Shown here one piece after another: positions 1 through 10,808 of a stretch of 64,000 nucleotides of DNA; position 1 is the stretch's first letter, and each line of letters starts with the position of its first letter. Below the pieces are notes generated by a model. The model saw nothing but the letters and a program-made list of their open reading frames with translations, did no database searches and was not told where the DNA came from. Both the position numbers and the translations under genes were made by a program. Origin of the DNA: a virus. The DNA lies in the IMG/VR virus record IMGVR_UViG_3300027754_003435; one strand, written 5' to 3'.

Positions 1-2
1 CT

Positions 3-587
3 ACCACTACGAACACTATACACTCTACCGCCCTGTTGAGCCAACGCTGTAGTTGAAGTACCAGAATCATCTATTAAAGTAATAATATCAGCGTTGGATG
101 CTATACTAGCAGAACCCTTTCCAGTCAATTTAGAGAGTGACAACTGCCATGTATTTGTATCCATTCTATCTTTAAATCTTGAACGGTTTACATTTACAAC
201 ATATATATGTTCCGATGTTTGAATTGTACCATCGTTGTACGGAAACTCAAATAAATCAACACCAGAGTTAAGAAGTAATCTTTTATATTGTGAATAAATT
301 GCTCTCGTGGGGTAATCATAATCTGAAACATTGTAAGAACCAGTAGAAGAACCACTACCTGGATAATCACCATACGTAAGACTAAATTGAGACTCAGAAC
401 CTTGTATATACGATTGTGTATTGTAAACTTCATAGAAGTATCTTTTTTGAGTATTGGATTGTTCAGAACTCGTATAAACACTATACAAACCAAATGAATT
501 ACCAGACCATAACGGAGCTGAAACCAATTCTCTTGCACTTATATTTTTTGCATTATCTGTAAACGACTTATAAGTATAATTTGCCAT
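3..587 (-). CDS. Baseplate/tail structural protein, paralog of 593..1696 (partial, runs off the left edge)
   Basis: Translated by hand from ATG at 587 (MANYTYKSFTDN...), open to position 3. Shares YEV(Y/W), F-S-x-x-YG, RAIYSQYK, NR-x-x-F-x-D-x-x-D and LIDDS motifs with 593..1696. Missing from the ORF track because no stop lies in the window. Confidence 0.85.
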   Translation of the reverse strand, partial: MANYTYKSFTDNAKNISARELVSAPLWSGNSFGLYSVYTSSEQSNTQKRYFYEVYNTQSYIQGSESQFSLTYGDYPGSGSSTGSYNVSDYDYPTRAIYSQYKRLLLNSGVDLFEFPYNDGTIQTSEHIYVVNVNRSRFKDRMDTNTWQLSLSKLTGKGSASIASNADIITLIDDSGTSTTALAQQGGRVYSVRSG

Positions 588-592
588 ACCTT

Positions 593-1696
593 TTAATACT
601 CCAATTTAACAGTAATTGATAATTCGGTATTTGGTGTTTTTAATACTGGTCTACTCATCTTACCAACTGCCACTAAGTCATAACCGCCAGTATTATTCTG
701 TACGTACAAACCAATAGTTGTTATGTAAACTTTAGGAGCATCTACAAATCTTGTATTAAGAATTTTACCTTGCGTAGTAGACAGTTGACTCACATACGTA
801 GGATTATTAGTATGATTGAAAGAATCAGTTGGTATGGTTACAAAGTAATATAATTCATTTTTGTTTTTAACTGACCTTGCGGTAAATCCAACTGGTGAAG
901 AAACTGCCGCTGCACCACTTATTGCTGTAAACAATTTATAAGCATTATCACCTGCAATGTTACTACCAGTAACCGTATTAAAAGAAGCAGATTGATTTAA
1001 TTTTTCTGCTGATATTAATAGTGTTCCTTGACTTGGAAATACTTTACCATAATAATGTGGGTTAGTAGAGTTATATATACCGTTGGTTAAACTACCACTA
1101 ACTAAATGTCTTACAATTGAAGTTTGAGATGGGTATTCACTTGCATCGTTCAAGTCATTAGAATCATCTATCAATGATATATACTTTTGTGTTGCACCTG
1201 AACCTGAAACTTTAACCTTACTGCCAGTATGTTGTGAATTCACTATTCCACTACCAGAAAGTATTGCTATATTTACTTGAAAATTACCTGGATCTAATTT
1301 ATCACCAAATTTATCTCTATTAATGTTAATAGCATAAAAATCGGTCATTGCAGCACCATTAGAACTAGACATAATTAGTCCAGTTTCATTGCCGTCTAAA
1401 CACAATAATTTATATTGTGAATAAATTGCTCTAGCTGCAGTATCATTTACATCACCACCTTGATTTATAGAACCAGAACCACTAACATGACCGTATGCTA
1501 CTGAAAACATTCTTTCATCGTTACATGATAATGAAGCAGATCCCCATACTTCATAATAGTATTCAAGTGATGCTGTATTTTGTGTTGAACTTGTAAAAAA
1601 AGTTAGAAGTTCGCCAGTATTAGTTTCCCATAAACCACGGGCATAAGCAATTGTTTTTGCCGAAGGCGCTTTTCTAACTGAACCAAAATAACTCAT
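593..1696 (-). CDS. Baseplate/tail-fibre attachment structural protein
   Basis: 367 aa ORF in the structural operon. C-terminal YITTIGLY...LVAVGKMSRPVLK...ITVKLEY resembles tail-collar/fibre attachment C-termini. Confidence 0.7.
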   Translation of the reverse strand: MSYFGSVRKAPSAKTIAYARGLWETNTGELLTFFTSSTQNTASLEYYYEVWGSASLSCNDERMFSVAYGHVSGSGSINQGGDVNDTAARAIYSQYKLLCLDGNETGLIMSSSNGAAMTDFYAININRDKFGDKLDPGNFQVNIAILSGSGIVNSQHTGSKVKVSGSGATQKYISLIDDSNDLNDASEYPSQTSIVRHLVSGSLTNGIYNSTNPHYYGKVFPSQGTLLISAEKLNQSASFNTVTGSNIAGDNAYKLFTAISGAAAVSSPVGFTARSVKNKNELYYFVTIPTDSFNHTNNPTYVSQLSTTQGKILNTRFVDAPKVYITTIGLYVQNNTGGYDLVAVGKMSRPVLKTPNTELSITVKLEY

Positions 1697-1743
1697 AGTG
1701 TATATCCATTTATAACTAAATCAATAAAATATTATTTTTAATT

Positions 1744-2388
1744 TTAAGCAACTGCTTGTATTGTAACAGGAACAACAACTCTTGAACCGTAGATATTATG
1801 TGTAATAATAATTTTAGTTGTTTTTGGTGTAGAGAATGTTGTTGAATCATACGCTGCTTTTAATTTGACTAACGGAGTACTAGTAACATTTGACCAAGTT
1901 TTTGATAAACCAGATGTTCGCCCTGCTCCAATTTCCGTTATATCTAAGTATGTAGTGTCTAACAATTGTATGGTGTACGGTCCTTGTGGAACAGGTGCAC
2001 CAGGCGATGAAGACCATTGTTTTGTTGAAACAGTCATTATTTGCTCTGGAATACTTTGGGTGCCAGAACCAACAATTAAAGTTACAGATGTTGGTGCAAC
2101 TTCCAAATAAGGAATACTCTCAGTTCCTGCATCTAATGTAATAAGTTTATATTTCATAGATTGTGTTTCATCGGGAACGGCTTCTGTTATCGGAAGATTT
2201 TCAATAACAACACCCATTTTTGCATCACCAAGTGGATGATTCTGATTCCAAAGATCGTAATCAATCTCATCATCGGCTAAAGCAAATTGTGTTATATTAA
2301 ATGCGTTACCACCCTGTGCGAGTAACTCTCTGCCTTTTTTTGTAAGAATTGCGTCTACTGTAACCGTAGTGTTGTTTAAATATCCCAT
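1744..2388 (-). CDS. Virion structural protein (tail-collar/fibre N-terminal-like)
   Basis: 214 aa; ILTKKGRELLA...ITQFALADDEIDY resembles DUF3751/tail-collar-fibre-like N-termini. Confidence 0.65.
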   Translation of the reverse strand: MGYLNNTTVTVDAILTKKGRELLAQGGNAFNITQFALADDEIDYDLWNQNHPLGDAKMGVVIENLPITEAVPDETQSMKYKLITLDAGTESIPYLEVAPTSVTLIVGSGTQSIPEQIMTVSTKQWSSSPGAPVPQGPYTIQLLDTTYLDITEIGAGRTSGLSKTWSNVTSTPLVKLKAAYDSTTFSTPKTTKIIITHNIYGSRVVVPVTIQAVA

Positions 2389-2425
2389 TTGAAACTCCTT
2401 TTTATAAAACTTGTTTAGTACTACT

Positions 2426-2434
2426 ATAAATATA
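2426..2434 (-). promoter_or_regulatory. Putative late promoter TATATTTAT
   Basis: ATAAATATA on + strand, about 40 nt upstream of 2388; same motif precedes many structural or late-type genes. Confidence 0.55.
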
Positions 2435-2488
2435 AGAAATAAAACAAAATAAATTATTTTCTAAGATTTTTATTTATGTTTAATTTCA

Positions 2489-5400
2489 TTAAATTTGTTT
2501 CTTTCTTTTCAGATATTGACACCTACCTATATCCAATGTTGGATAATATTCTGCCCATAAAGTTTCACATGGTAATAGTAAAACGATAACCGGTGACGGA
2601 TCATTTAAAATAAACGAATTACCATCATATCCAGTAGGTTTCCACATAGGAAATGAAACAGAAGTATATGTTACCTTGCAGCCTTCAAATCTGTTTCTTC
2701 TCTGAGGTGTTGGGTAATTGTTAGGATTCATTAGACTCGAAGTTACATAATCAAATGAATTCCAATTTGAAGCAGCAATATCGATTGGTTCTGTAAAATA
2801 GAATTTGAATGCATCGTAATAATTATCTTGCCTATATGATTGTATAGATTCAAAATATGCAGTTGCCTTTGAAACATCATTATCAGTAAAATACCAATTA
2901 CCATTATTATATGTTGCATTTTGTCTTGCATAAGTATTACCAAATGTAGCGTCTATTATACCAGAATAATTATAAGAATTAAAACTACCCACCAAATTAA
3001 CAACATTTGATATTGTTGTAGAATATTGATTATATTCAAAAGCCAAAGATTTTTGAGACACATTTATAGTAGGATTAAATATTTGATATGTTCCAATTAA
3101 AGTATCTGATTGTTTATACATCGTACTTACTATATTTTGTATGTCAGCACTTGATGTTAGTTCAGTATTAATTTCTGTTTCTATATCATCAAATTGAGTA
3201 TCAAATTCAGTTATAATATCAATTTCACCATCAAAATCTTTTATGTCAGATTCATTAACATCAAATCCAATTAAAACAGAAGTAATTTTTGATGTAACTT
3301 CCGATGTTGGTTTTGGTGTTTTAACCAATTCAGTAGTTTCATGTACAAATTTTTCAGGAGACTCAGCAGTAAAATCACGATATGTACTTACTTTCGAGCG
3401 TTCTAATATATTTGGCTCTATGACTAACCCAAGAATCTCTTGAACTCTTGCAGGCAATGTTTGACGTATTTGATCGAATATACTAAAATCATATATAGAA
3501 ATTAAATTTATGTATGAGTTTATATCATTTTTGTTTTTATATTTTTTCCAATATTCACTTGCAAACCATTTTAACTTTGGATATTCATCTTTTTTTACGT
3601 TTTCATATTCACCAAAATAATCGTCTATCCAAGTATTACCGATTGCAGAATAAATATCTTCATTTATCATAGTTTGTGGTGAAAACGCAACCATTAATTT
3701 ATTTGAATCTAAAGAATATCTATCAAATGAAGTTAATGCAACAGAGTTTTCTGGCTGTAAAGGTCCAATTAACGTAGCGGAATCAATACGCACTTTTTCA
3801 GAAAATGGTGTATTTGAACCAACAGTTGCAACAGCCATATTGTAACTTTCAACTATAGATTCAAATGAACTCGAAGTAAATCCATAAAGATTAGCAGATT
3901 TTGAAGAGCTATAAAAAGTTGATTTATCACTATTTGGGTGATTACTTTGTATACTTGAAGTTGCTGCAGCATCAAACGGTTTCCAAAATTTGAACTGTGC
4001 TTGTAAATCGTAAAACGATGAAGTTGGTGTATTACCGTTATATGACCTTGCAGACAAAACATGATCATCAAATGCTGATGATGTTAACTGATTTGTCCAG
4101 TATCTTAATTCATAAATAGAACCAGATAAAATATTATTTGTTTGTGGATTTGATCCAGAACCAATAAATAATTGTCCATCGGATGACCAGGCTCTGTTAT
4201 AACTTCCACTTAAACTTCCACTAACAATAATAGAAGCGGATGCTTCAACTGCTAATTTTCCATATTTTGATGTTTTTAAAAAGAAATCATATTTTTGATT
4301 GGAAGCGGTTAAATCGGTTGATACACTTCTTCTAATCATAATGTTTAACGGAACATCATCATACAGATATTGGTCTGTAATTGAAGCAGATTTATATGCA
4401 CTGGCCCCATCGTGCATATGGAAAGTTAAACTTCCTTTTTCTGGATCTGTACCATTTTTGTTTATACTAACATACCAATCTAATCTACTACCTGATTGTT
4501 TTTGAAGAACAGTTTGAATCGGATCGTTTTGATAAGCATAATTTATTTCTGGATCCATTTTCCAACGAAATGTTAAAGTATCTGGATATTGCCAACTACC
4601 ATATTCGTTACTTACACGTTCCCATGGAACTCTTACATATTGAGTTTGAGTTGGTAATGGATATGAACTATGAAAGTTTAGATAATAAGTATATTTTGGA
4701 ACTTCATACCGTGGAGTAATACCTAAATCTGCATTATCTGGACCACCAAATTCTCTTATAGTTAATATTGTTTCCGGGATACCATAGGCAGACAGTAAAG
4801 CTCGTATCGATCTCGCAGTACCTTTTGTTTTGTATATGTAAGGTAAATTATTAAATATTCTACGCCAAACTTCTTTTGTACGGTCTTCTTCAGATCTAGA
4901 TAAATTTTTATCTATTGTTGTTGAATTAGTCCAAATTGGATCACCACTACCACTCAATCCAAGTCCATATTCCCATAAATCTTTTGTTTGTGTACCACTA
5001 TTTAATGTCCAACCTAAATTTTTAGTTACTTCGTATATTAAATCCTGAGATAAGCCATCTTTCGGATGTTGTTCTCTTAAATTTTTCTTTAACAAATGAT
5101 TTGTATAAAAATACATAATATCAAAATGCTGACCAATCATATTTACAAATGTTATAAATTGATCGTTATCATTTGATTCTCGTATATGTTCTGGAATTGC
5201 AAAAAGTAAACTATTATAATTATTTTTATCATAATCAGTTGCTACTTCTAAAAGAGAAGAGTACCAATCATCTACTGTACTCGATGTTATTGGATATAAT
5301 TTATATTTACCTTCAACTGTAGCTATTGAATAATCACTACCTGTTACTTCATATTTTGGATATGGAGTTATAGAAGATGAATTTTGTGAAGTATAATAGT

Positions 5401-6526
5401 TACTACCAGTTGTTTCATAATATAACCACTTTTCAAAATCATCAAACGCACTTACTAATTTATCACGTAATACTTTAACTTTTACTTTATTAACTTCAAG
5501 TGAACCAGTATAACTGTTCAAGTTACTTAGTTGTGTATTATATGATTCTACTAATTGTAATTTATATACAAAATTTTCTACTCTACCTTCTGCCGAAGAA
5601 TAAAAAACAAAATTTTCAAATTCTCTAAAATTCAAATTCAATTTAATAGAAGAGCCAGAATTAATATATTTGTTTAATAGTTCCTGCGACGTTTGCGCGT
5701 TTGTATCTAATAATTCATTCCAAGATTTATAGTCAGTTTCAGATGTAGTCCAATATCCGTAATCAACTTCAAAGTTTGGACCAGAAATAAATTTAGGTAA
5801 TGCTAACTTTTCCTCACGTATTCTAACCACATTGTCTATATATGGCTTCATAATTTCAATTGAAAGCCAGCACTCAAAGTATAAATCTAAATCACTTGGT
5901 AATTCATCTAAAAGTTTAACATAGAAGTAGTCCGTGTTTCCGTCTGATGTTACATTTACAACACTTAATATATTATTTTGACCAAAATTAAGAATAACAG
6001 GAGAAATATATTTTGTGCCAGACATATATTGTAAAACAAAAGATGCTAAATTATCTCTTGAAACTTTATCTTCTGGATTTGTCAATGTTAATCGTAATTC
6101 TTTTCTGTTTGGTGAAATGTCAGAAATAAATAATCTATTTACTTGTTCATTGGTATTATTACTAGAATACCCAATAAGATTTCTAAAAAAATTATAAACA
6201 ATTTTATAAGTACCAGGAACAATTTTAGCTCGTTCTAAATGTTTATGAACATCCAACAAAACATAATTTCGAGATGACCCATCTATTATTTTATTTTGAA
6301 TTGAATAGTCTGCGTTATATAAAGTGTCAACATAAGCGCCATTATGTAAAAATACATGAAATTCAACATTAGTATTAGGAGTAGTTGGATCTTCTACATT
6401 AGATATACTTTCAAATTTAGGTATAATTATTTTCCCATTCAATCTATTTACATTGAATCTATTACCACGAATTGGATCGCTAGTAGATAGTATTTGACTT
6501 ATGTTTTTATAGATAAAAGTTGGCAT
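2489..6526 (-). CDS. Large baseplate wedge protein (gp7/P2 gpI-like motif, with a probable ConA/LamG-like beta-sandwich)
   Basis: 1345 aa; LPYIYKTKGTARSIRALLSAYGI is a P2 gpI/gp7-type motif; central beta-rich region (TFRWK...WYVSI...SIYELRYW); adjacent to the gp6-like gene cluster. Confidence 0.7.
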   Translation of the reverse strand: MPTFIYKNISQILSTSDPIRGNRFNVNRLNGKIIIPKFESISNVEDPTTPNTNVEFHVFLHNGAYVDTLYNADYSIQNKIIDGSSRNYVLLDVHKHLERAKIVPGTYKIVYNFFRNLIGYSSNNTNEQVNRLFISDISPNRKELRLTLTNPEDKVSRDNLASFVLQYMSGTKYISPVILNFGQNNILSVVNVTSDGNTDYFYVKLLDELPSDLDLYFECWLSIEIMKPYIDNVVRIREEKLALPKFISGPNFEVDYGYWTTSETDYKSWNELLDTNAQTSQELLNKYINSGSSIKLNLNFREFENFVFYSSAEGRVENFVYKLQLVESYNTQLSNLNSYTGSLEVNKVKVKVLRDKLVSAFDDFEKWLYYETTGSNYYTSQNSSSITPYPKYEVTGSDYSIATVEGKYKLYPITSSTVDDWYSSLLEVATDYDKNNYNSLLFAIPEHIRESNDNDQFITFVNMIGQHFDIMYFYTNHLLKKNLREQHPKDGLSQDLIYEVTKNLGWTLNSGTQTKDLWEYGLGLSGSGDPIWTNSTTIDKNLSRSEEDRTKEVWRRIFNNLPYIYKTKGTARSIRALLSAYGIPETILTIREFGGPDNADLGITPRYEVPKYTYYLNFHSSYPLPTQTQYVRVPWERVSNEYGSWQYPDTLTFRWKMDPEINYAYQNDPIQTVLQKQSGSRLDWYVSINKNGTDPEKGSLTFHMHDGASAYKSASITDQYLYDDVPLNIMIRRSVSTDLTASNQKYDFFLKTSKYGKLAVEASASIIVSGSLSGSYNRAWSSDGQLFIGSGSNPQTNNILSGSIYELRYWTNQLTSSAFDDHVLSARSYNGNTPTSSFYDLQAQFKFWKPFDAAATSSIQSNHPNSDKSTFYSSSKSANLYGFTSSSFESIVESYNMAVATVGSNTPFSEKVRIDSATLIGPLQPENSVALTSFDRYSLDSNKLMVAFSPQTMINEDIYSAIGNTWIDDYFGEYENVKKDEYPKLKWFASEYWKKYKNKNDINSYINLISIYDFSIFDQIRQTLPARVQEILGLVIEPNILERSKVSTYRDFTAESPEKFVHETTELVKTPKPTSEVTSKITSVLIGFDVNESDIKDFDGEIDIITEFDTQFDDIETEINTELTSSADIQNIVSTMYKQSDTLIGTYQIFNPTINVSQKSLAFEYNQYSTTISNVVNLVGSFNSYNYSGIIDATFGNTYARQNATYNNGNWYFTDNDVSKATAYFESIQSYRQDNYYDAFKFYFTEPIDIAASNWNSFDYVTSSLMNPNNYPTPQRRNRFEGCKVTYTSVSFPMWKPTGYDGNSFILNDPSPVIVLLLPCETLWAEYYPTLDIGRCQYLKRKKQI

Positions 6527-6534
6527 ACTCTATA

Positions 6535-7251
6535 TTAACCCCCCTTTGATATTGCATCGTTTAATGATGGTAAGTTGGAAGATTTTCTTATTCTATCAGT
6601 TTCTAATGTAATTTGTTCGAGTGATGTGTTAACTTCTTTTGCAAAACCAGAGAAGTTGTCTTTGAATGCGTCCGCTTGATTTGTAACATCATTACTTAAT
6701 TTATCAAGAGTGTCTTCTTGTTGTTTCTGTAACTCTACGTTTATATCTGAGAGTTTATCTATTCCAACGCCTAAACGTGTTAATTCCACTCCCCATTCTT
6801 TCATAGAAGCCATGTATTTAGTTTCTTCATTATATAAACCTTCAATATGAAGACTCTTTCTTTTAATATCGTCTTGTAGGTCTGATATTTTATTTTTAAG
6901 TGCAGCAATAGAATTATCATTATCTTTTATAAGATTAGCCAAATTAGAGAATAATTCATTCTTAGCAATATTTGTTATGTCTGCAATATCATTTCGTGTA
7001 AGATTACCTAATAATCCAGGTTGAGTATATAAAACTTTTTCATAATCTTTAAGTAGTGTTAATGCTCTCTCTTCTGCAGTTATTGCAGATGGCATACTAT
7101 CAAACTCAGATTTAATTATACGTCTAAAATCCGTTGTTAAAAATCTTTGATCAACAACTGGAATTTCTAATTGTCCACTATTTTGTTTACCACTATTAGC
7201 AGAGTAATTTATTATTTTATTCGTTCCAACTTCTCTAACTAATTCACTCAT
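6535..7251 (-). CDS. Coiled-coil virion-associated hypothetical protein
   Basis: 238 aa, heptad-rich, tightly packed in the structural operon. Confidence 0.7.
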   Translation of the reverse strand: MSELVREVGTNKIINYSANSGKQNSGQLEIPVVDQRFLTTDFRRIIKSEFDSMPSAITAEERALTLLKDYEKVLYTQPGLLGNLTRNDIADITNIAKNELFSNLANLIKDNDNSIAALKNKISDLQDDIKRKSLHIEGLYNEETKYMASMKEWGVELTRLGVGIDKLSDINVELQKQQEDTLDKLSNDVTNQADAFKDNFSGFAKEVNTSLEQITLETDRIRKSSNLPSLNDAISKGG

Positions 7252-8420
7252 CGTGTTACCTTAAAGTAGTAATTATTATCAAATAATTGTACTGTATTTC
7301 CACTATTCATTTCAGTTTTTACAACTACTCTATAAAATCGTTCTGGTTGAAATGAATCCATCCATAAGTTAAAGTAACTACTTGTCCCATCGCAACTTAT
7401 TTTAGAACCAGATATATCAAACGGTAAAATTATCTCATCTGTATGTGCATCTCTTACTTCATAGTATGAGGATGATGGTAAATGATAGTTTATTGTTTGA
7501 TATGATTGAGTTGTATAATTTTTTTCTGGATATTTTTTATTTGCATAAATTCTTATTTTAGCTTTTTCGGTTTGTGCATAAAATTTGTTAAGTTTAACAT
7601 TTATATTTAAACCGTCATCTGAAACTGGTTTTAAACTTCCAGTAATAAATATAGAATCATCCCACACCACATTTAGACGTGGAACATATATTGTATTACT
7701 ATCTGTTCCAAAAAATTTAAGTCCAACTATACTATCCCGTAAACTTTCAATTTCATCACTAAACTTAATAAGTATACCGTCATTTTCAAAACGTCCAGAT
7801 CCAGTAATCCATTTTTTAACGATGTTTGTAACATTCATATAAACATCAGAAGTTTGAAATGAAAACGATTGAGTACATTCTAAATTATCATAATCCCACC
7901 AAGTACCACCCCCCTCGTTTGTAAAATAAGAAGAAGTAACATCTGCTGCAAGGTTTACACCAAATAAAATATTAGCGTCAACCCAAGTCATTGAAAGATT
8001 ATCCCATTCAAAATTTTTAATTGTAGGTGGAATATCCCATTCAGTACCTACTGTCTTTGATGTTCTGTATTTCCAAGAAACACCATTTGTAGTAATTGGA
8101 TTATTTCCCCATCTGCCAGTTCCATTGGTCCATGATGAACTAAGTGGATATGCGTAAATAGTATATTCTTGTGGTATTTCTCGCACATCCGCTGTTACTA
8201 ATGACAGGTAGTATTTAGCGTTACTTGATATTTTACCCAAATTTACATTTGCTTCTATATTCGATACGTCAAATTTTAGTAAAGCTCTTGTATTATATAT
8301 AGAAGAACCAGATGTAATAGACTCATGTGATATTTCCAACATAGAATCTATACCCGTATTCATATCTATAGATTTTTCATATATAGTGGCGTCTCTTTGT
8401 GCAAAAATTGAATATATCAT
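7248..8420 (-). CDS. Structural protein with DNRLRE-like beta domain
   Basis: 390 aa; DATIYE...NTG...LEI...RALLKFDVS pattern; overlaps both neighbours by 4 nt. Confidence 0.6.
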   Translation of the reverse strand: MIYSIFAQRDATIYEKSIDMNTGIDSMLEISHESITSGSSIYNTRALLKFDVSNIEANVNLGKISSNAKYYLSLVTADVREIPQEYTIYAYPLSSSWTNGTGRWGNNPITTNGVSWKYRTSKTVGTEWDIPPTIKNFEWDNLSMTWVDANILFGVNLAADVTSSYFTNEGGGTWWDYDNLECTQSFSFQTSDVYMNVTNIVKKWITGSGRFENDGILIKFSDEIESLRDSIVGLKFFGTDSNTIYVPRLNVVWDDSIFITGSLKPVSDDGLNINVKLNKFYAQTEKAKIRIYANKKYPEKNYTTQSYQTINYHLPSSSYYEVRDAHTDEIILPFDISGSKISCDGTSSYFNLWMDSFQPERFYRVVVKTEMNSGNTVQLFDNNYYFKVTR

Positions 8421-10309
8421 CCGAATGCCCTCGACCTACCAATTATATCATTATTGGGGTATTTTATTTCAAAAATAGATGGATCTAATGATGGAAAAAG
8501 TATTCCATTTTTTGTTGCTTGGTCAATATTATAAGCATGTGGAGAATAACCCAATGTTTGATCATATAAAGTTTTAAACTTAACATTTACAACAGTTTGA
8601 ACCCCTTCGACTTTATCTATCTCGGTATATACATTGCTTATAACAATTGGCTGATTTATTTGCCATTTTTTAACATCAAAATACTTTTTTAAAGTATCTA
8701 TACAATTTAATACAACACGATTACTATTTTCATCAGGTAAAGTTATTATATCAAATTCAATACCGATATTTATTATATAAGCGTCACGTAAATTTATAGC
8801 GTCTGTTAATATTCTGTGATGATTAAGATAAGTTTTTAAGTTTTCTTTAGTTGCATCATTCACAGGAATAAGTTTATTATTACCATCATATCCCAACGTA
8901 TAAAAATTCAATCCAAAATTATTTTCAATTCTATCACTATTATAAATAGATTCACGAGTTAGTTGTGTGTCTTTTGTAATATATGCTTTTGCAATAGAAC
9001 CATATTTTTGCGGTAAACTATATGCTCTTATTATATAATCTTCTTTTGTTACAGCACGATTTTGTGAAGCAAAATGGGCTAAAGCGTTTTGACGAATTTC
9101 ATTTATTTCTTCAGATATTTTAGCTCCAGTTGCAGGCTTAGGATTTGTTACTGCTAAACTACCAACACATTGAAAACTAAGATTTGCGTCCAAACCAGTT
9201 TCATCTACAACAAGTGTTCTTGAAACAATATTGGTAATAACTTCACTTGAAACATTGTCTGTTATACCAGCACCAGTTGTATAATAAATAGTCAATGTTG
9301 TATTATTGGGTGCTAATCCATAAGTCTTGGTATATAAAAAGTTTGAAGGATCAATATCTGGAGAATAGTTTGGAGCAATTCCATTTAATGAACTACCAAC
9401 TAAATCTGGATTTGGTATTAATAGTTCATCATCCAAATCAGCAACACCTGCACCGAATTGTATACTAAATTTACCTTCCGCGGTTTGTCTTGATGTAAAG
9501 CGTCTTGAGACTTTTCTTAATTTAAGTAAATATGGAGTCTCTGTTCTGTATTGACTTAAACTCTTATCGTTTCTTGTTATGTTTGGAGTTGGTTCAAAAA
9601 TAGTATCCATCGCTAAGTAAGGAACATGATGCCATTTATTACCGTCTGAATCCATTGCATATAAAATTTCAATTAAATTTGGTTCATCCAAAACAACTTT
9701 ATCATATGGTTTTGGTTCATTAAATATAAATTCAGTTGAATTTAATTTTCCAGATACAACTTTTGTTGATTTTTTAAGTAACCAAAATAATATCTCACCT
9801 GTACCTTCATCCACCTCATATGGAGTAACTTCAGTTGGACTAAAACTACTACTAAACTTAAAATCCAAATAATCAATTGTTCTGAATTGTGTTTTTGCAT
9901 TATTATTAACATCAACTAACATTCCTGGTTCGATTGCAAATGCGTAAGTATAATCTGGAACTATATTACCGTTAATTTGAATCGATGGTAATATCTGAAA
10001 TACATCAAGAAGTGTATTTGAAGCAACTCGATTCTTAGGCATATAACCTAACGATTGTGCTATGTTTAAAATATTTTCTTTTTCGGAAGCATGTAATATT
10101 AATGATTCTTGTAAAGTAACATCAGTATAATATGACAATACATCACCAACGTATGCTGCCATTTCTAAAAAAAGCATACCAGGTGACGTTTCGTTAAAAT
10201 CTTGATAACTATCTGGAAAATAATTCTTTGTAAAATCAATCAAGTTTTGTTTTAACGAACCGAAATCTCTAGATAAATATCTAATATCCTTGCGTACCAA
10301 ATCACTCAT
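8417..10309 (-). CDS. Baseplate wedge subunit (T4 gp6/baseplate J-like)
   Basis: YLSRDFGSLKQNLIDFTKNYFP...DFNETSPG...LEMAAYVGDVLSYY and QNRAVTKEDY motifs. Start moved to ATG 10309, which overlaps the gp25-like stop. Confidence 0.9.
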   Translation of the reverse strand: MSDLVRKDIRYLSRDFGSLKQNLIDFTKNYFPDSYQDFNETSPGMLFLEMAAYVGDVLSYYTDVTLQESLILHASEKENILNIAQSLGYMPKNRVASNTLLDVFQILPSIQINGNIVPDYTYAFAIEPGMLVDVNNNAKTQFRTIDYLDFKFSSSFSPTEVTPYEVDEGTGEILFWLLKKSTKVVSGKLNSTEFIFNEPKPYDKVVLDEPNLIEILYAMDSDGNKWHHVPYLAMDTIFEPTPNITRNDKSLSQYRTETPYLLKLRKVSRRFTSRQTAEGKFSIQFGAGVADLDDELLIPNPDLVGSSLNGIAPNYSPDIDPSNFLYTKTYGLAPNNTTLTIYYTTGAGITDNVSSEVITNIVSRTLVVDETGLDANLSFQCVGSLAVTNPKPATGAKISEEINEIRQNALAHFASQNRAVTKEDYIIRAYSLPQKYGSIAKAYITKDTQLTRESIYNSDRIENNFGLNFYTLGYDGNNKLIPVNDATKENLKTYLNHHRILTDAINLRDAYIINIGIEFDIITLPDENSNRVVLNCIDTLKKYFDVKKWQINQPIVISNVYTEIDKVEGVQTVVNVKFKTLYDQTLGYSPHAYNIDQATKNGILFPSLDPSIFEIKYPNNDIIGRSRAFG

Positions 10310-10805
10310 TATATATAGCCTCTTGTATGGACAACCCACCAGTTTCAGATATAAATATCTTAATGGGTAAATATATTGTAGTTCCTATTATATTAACCGA
10401 AAATTTTATACTAACCGCATGGTCTGGTTCAGAAACTCTTCCATCGTCGGTTAAGTCTAACTTTATTGTTAGATTTTCAACAGTTAAAAATGGCATCCAT
10501 TCTGTGAATGCCGATATTATCTCATTTTTTAAACTTGTTATGAACGTATCTTCATCTGTAATATTTTCAAAAAGTATAGCACGTAAATTTGTCCCAAACG
10601 TAGGTGACATATATCGTTCACCTTTTGCTGTTAATAAAAGATTTCTGACATTTGATAATATTTGTACACGGTTTGTTGTACTTTGAAAAAAGACACCAGC
10701 TGGATTATTAAATGGTAGTGTAACACCGATGTATTTAGTTCCAGAATCGTTTCCAGTAAGAGATGTTGTAACAGATTCTTGCCGTTTTCTTCTATAAATT
10801 GACAA
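10302..10805 (-). CDS. Baseplate gp25-like protein
   Basis: NVRNLLLTAKGERYMSPTFGTNLRAILFE...EWMP is the gp25/GPW signature; directly upstream of the gp6-like gene. Confidence 0.9.
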   Translation of the reverse strand: MSIYRRKRQESVTTSLTGNDSGTKYIGVTLPFNNPAGVFFQSTTNRVQILSNVRNLLLTAKGERYMSPTFGTNLRAILFENITDEDTFITSLKNEIISAFTEWMPFLTVENLTIKLDLTDDGRVSEPDHAVSIKFSVNIIGTTIYLPIKIFISETGGLSIQEAIYNE

Positions 10806-10808
10806 TTG

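Noticed and set aside
194-538. 114 aa ORF in the track
   Set aside because: Out-of-frame overlap with the longer edge-truncated gene starting at 587, which has a clear paralog next door.
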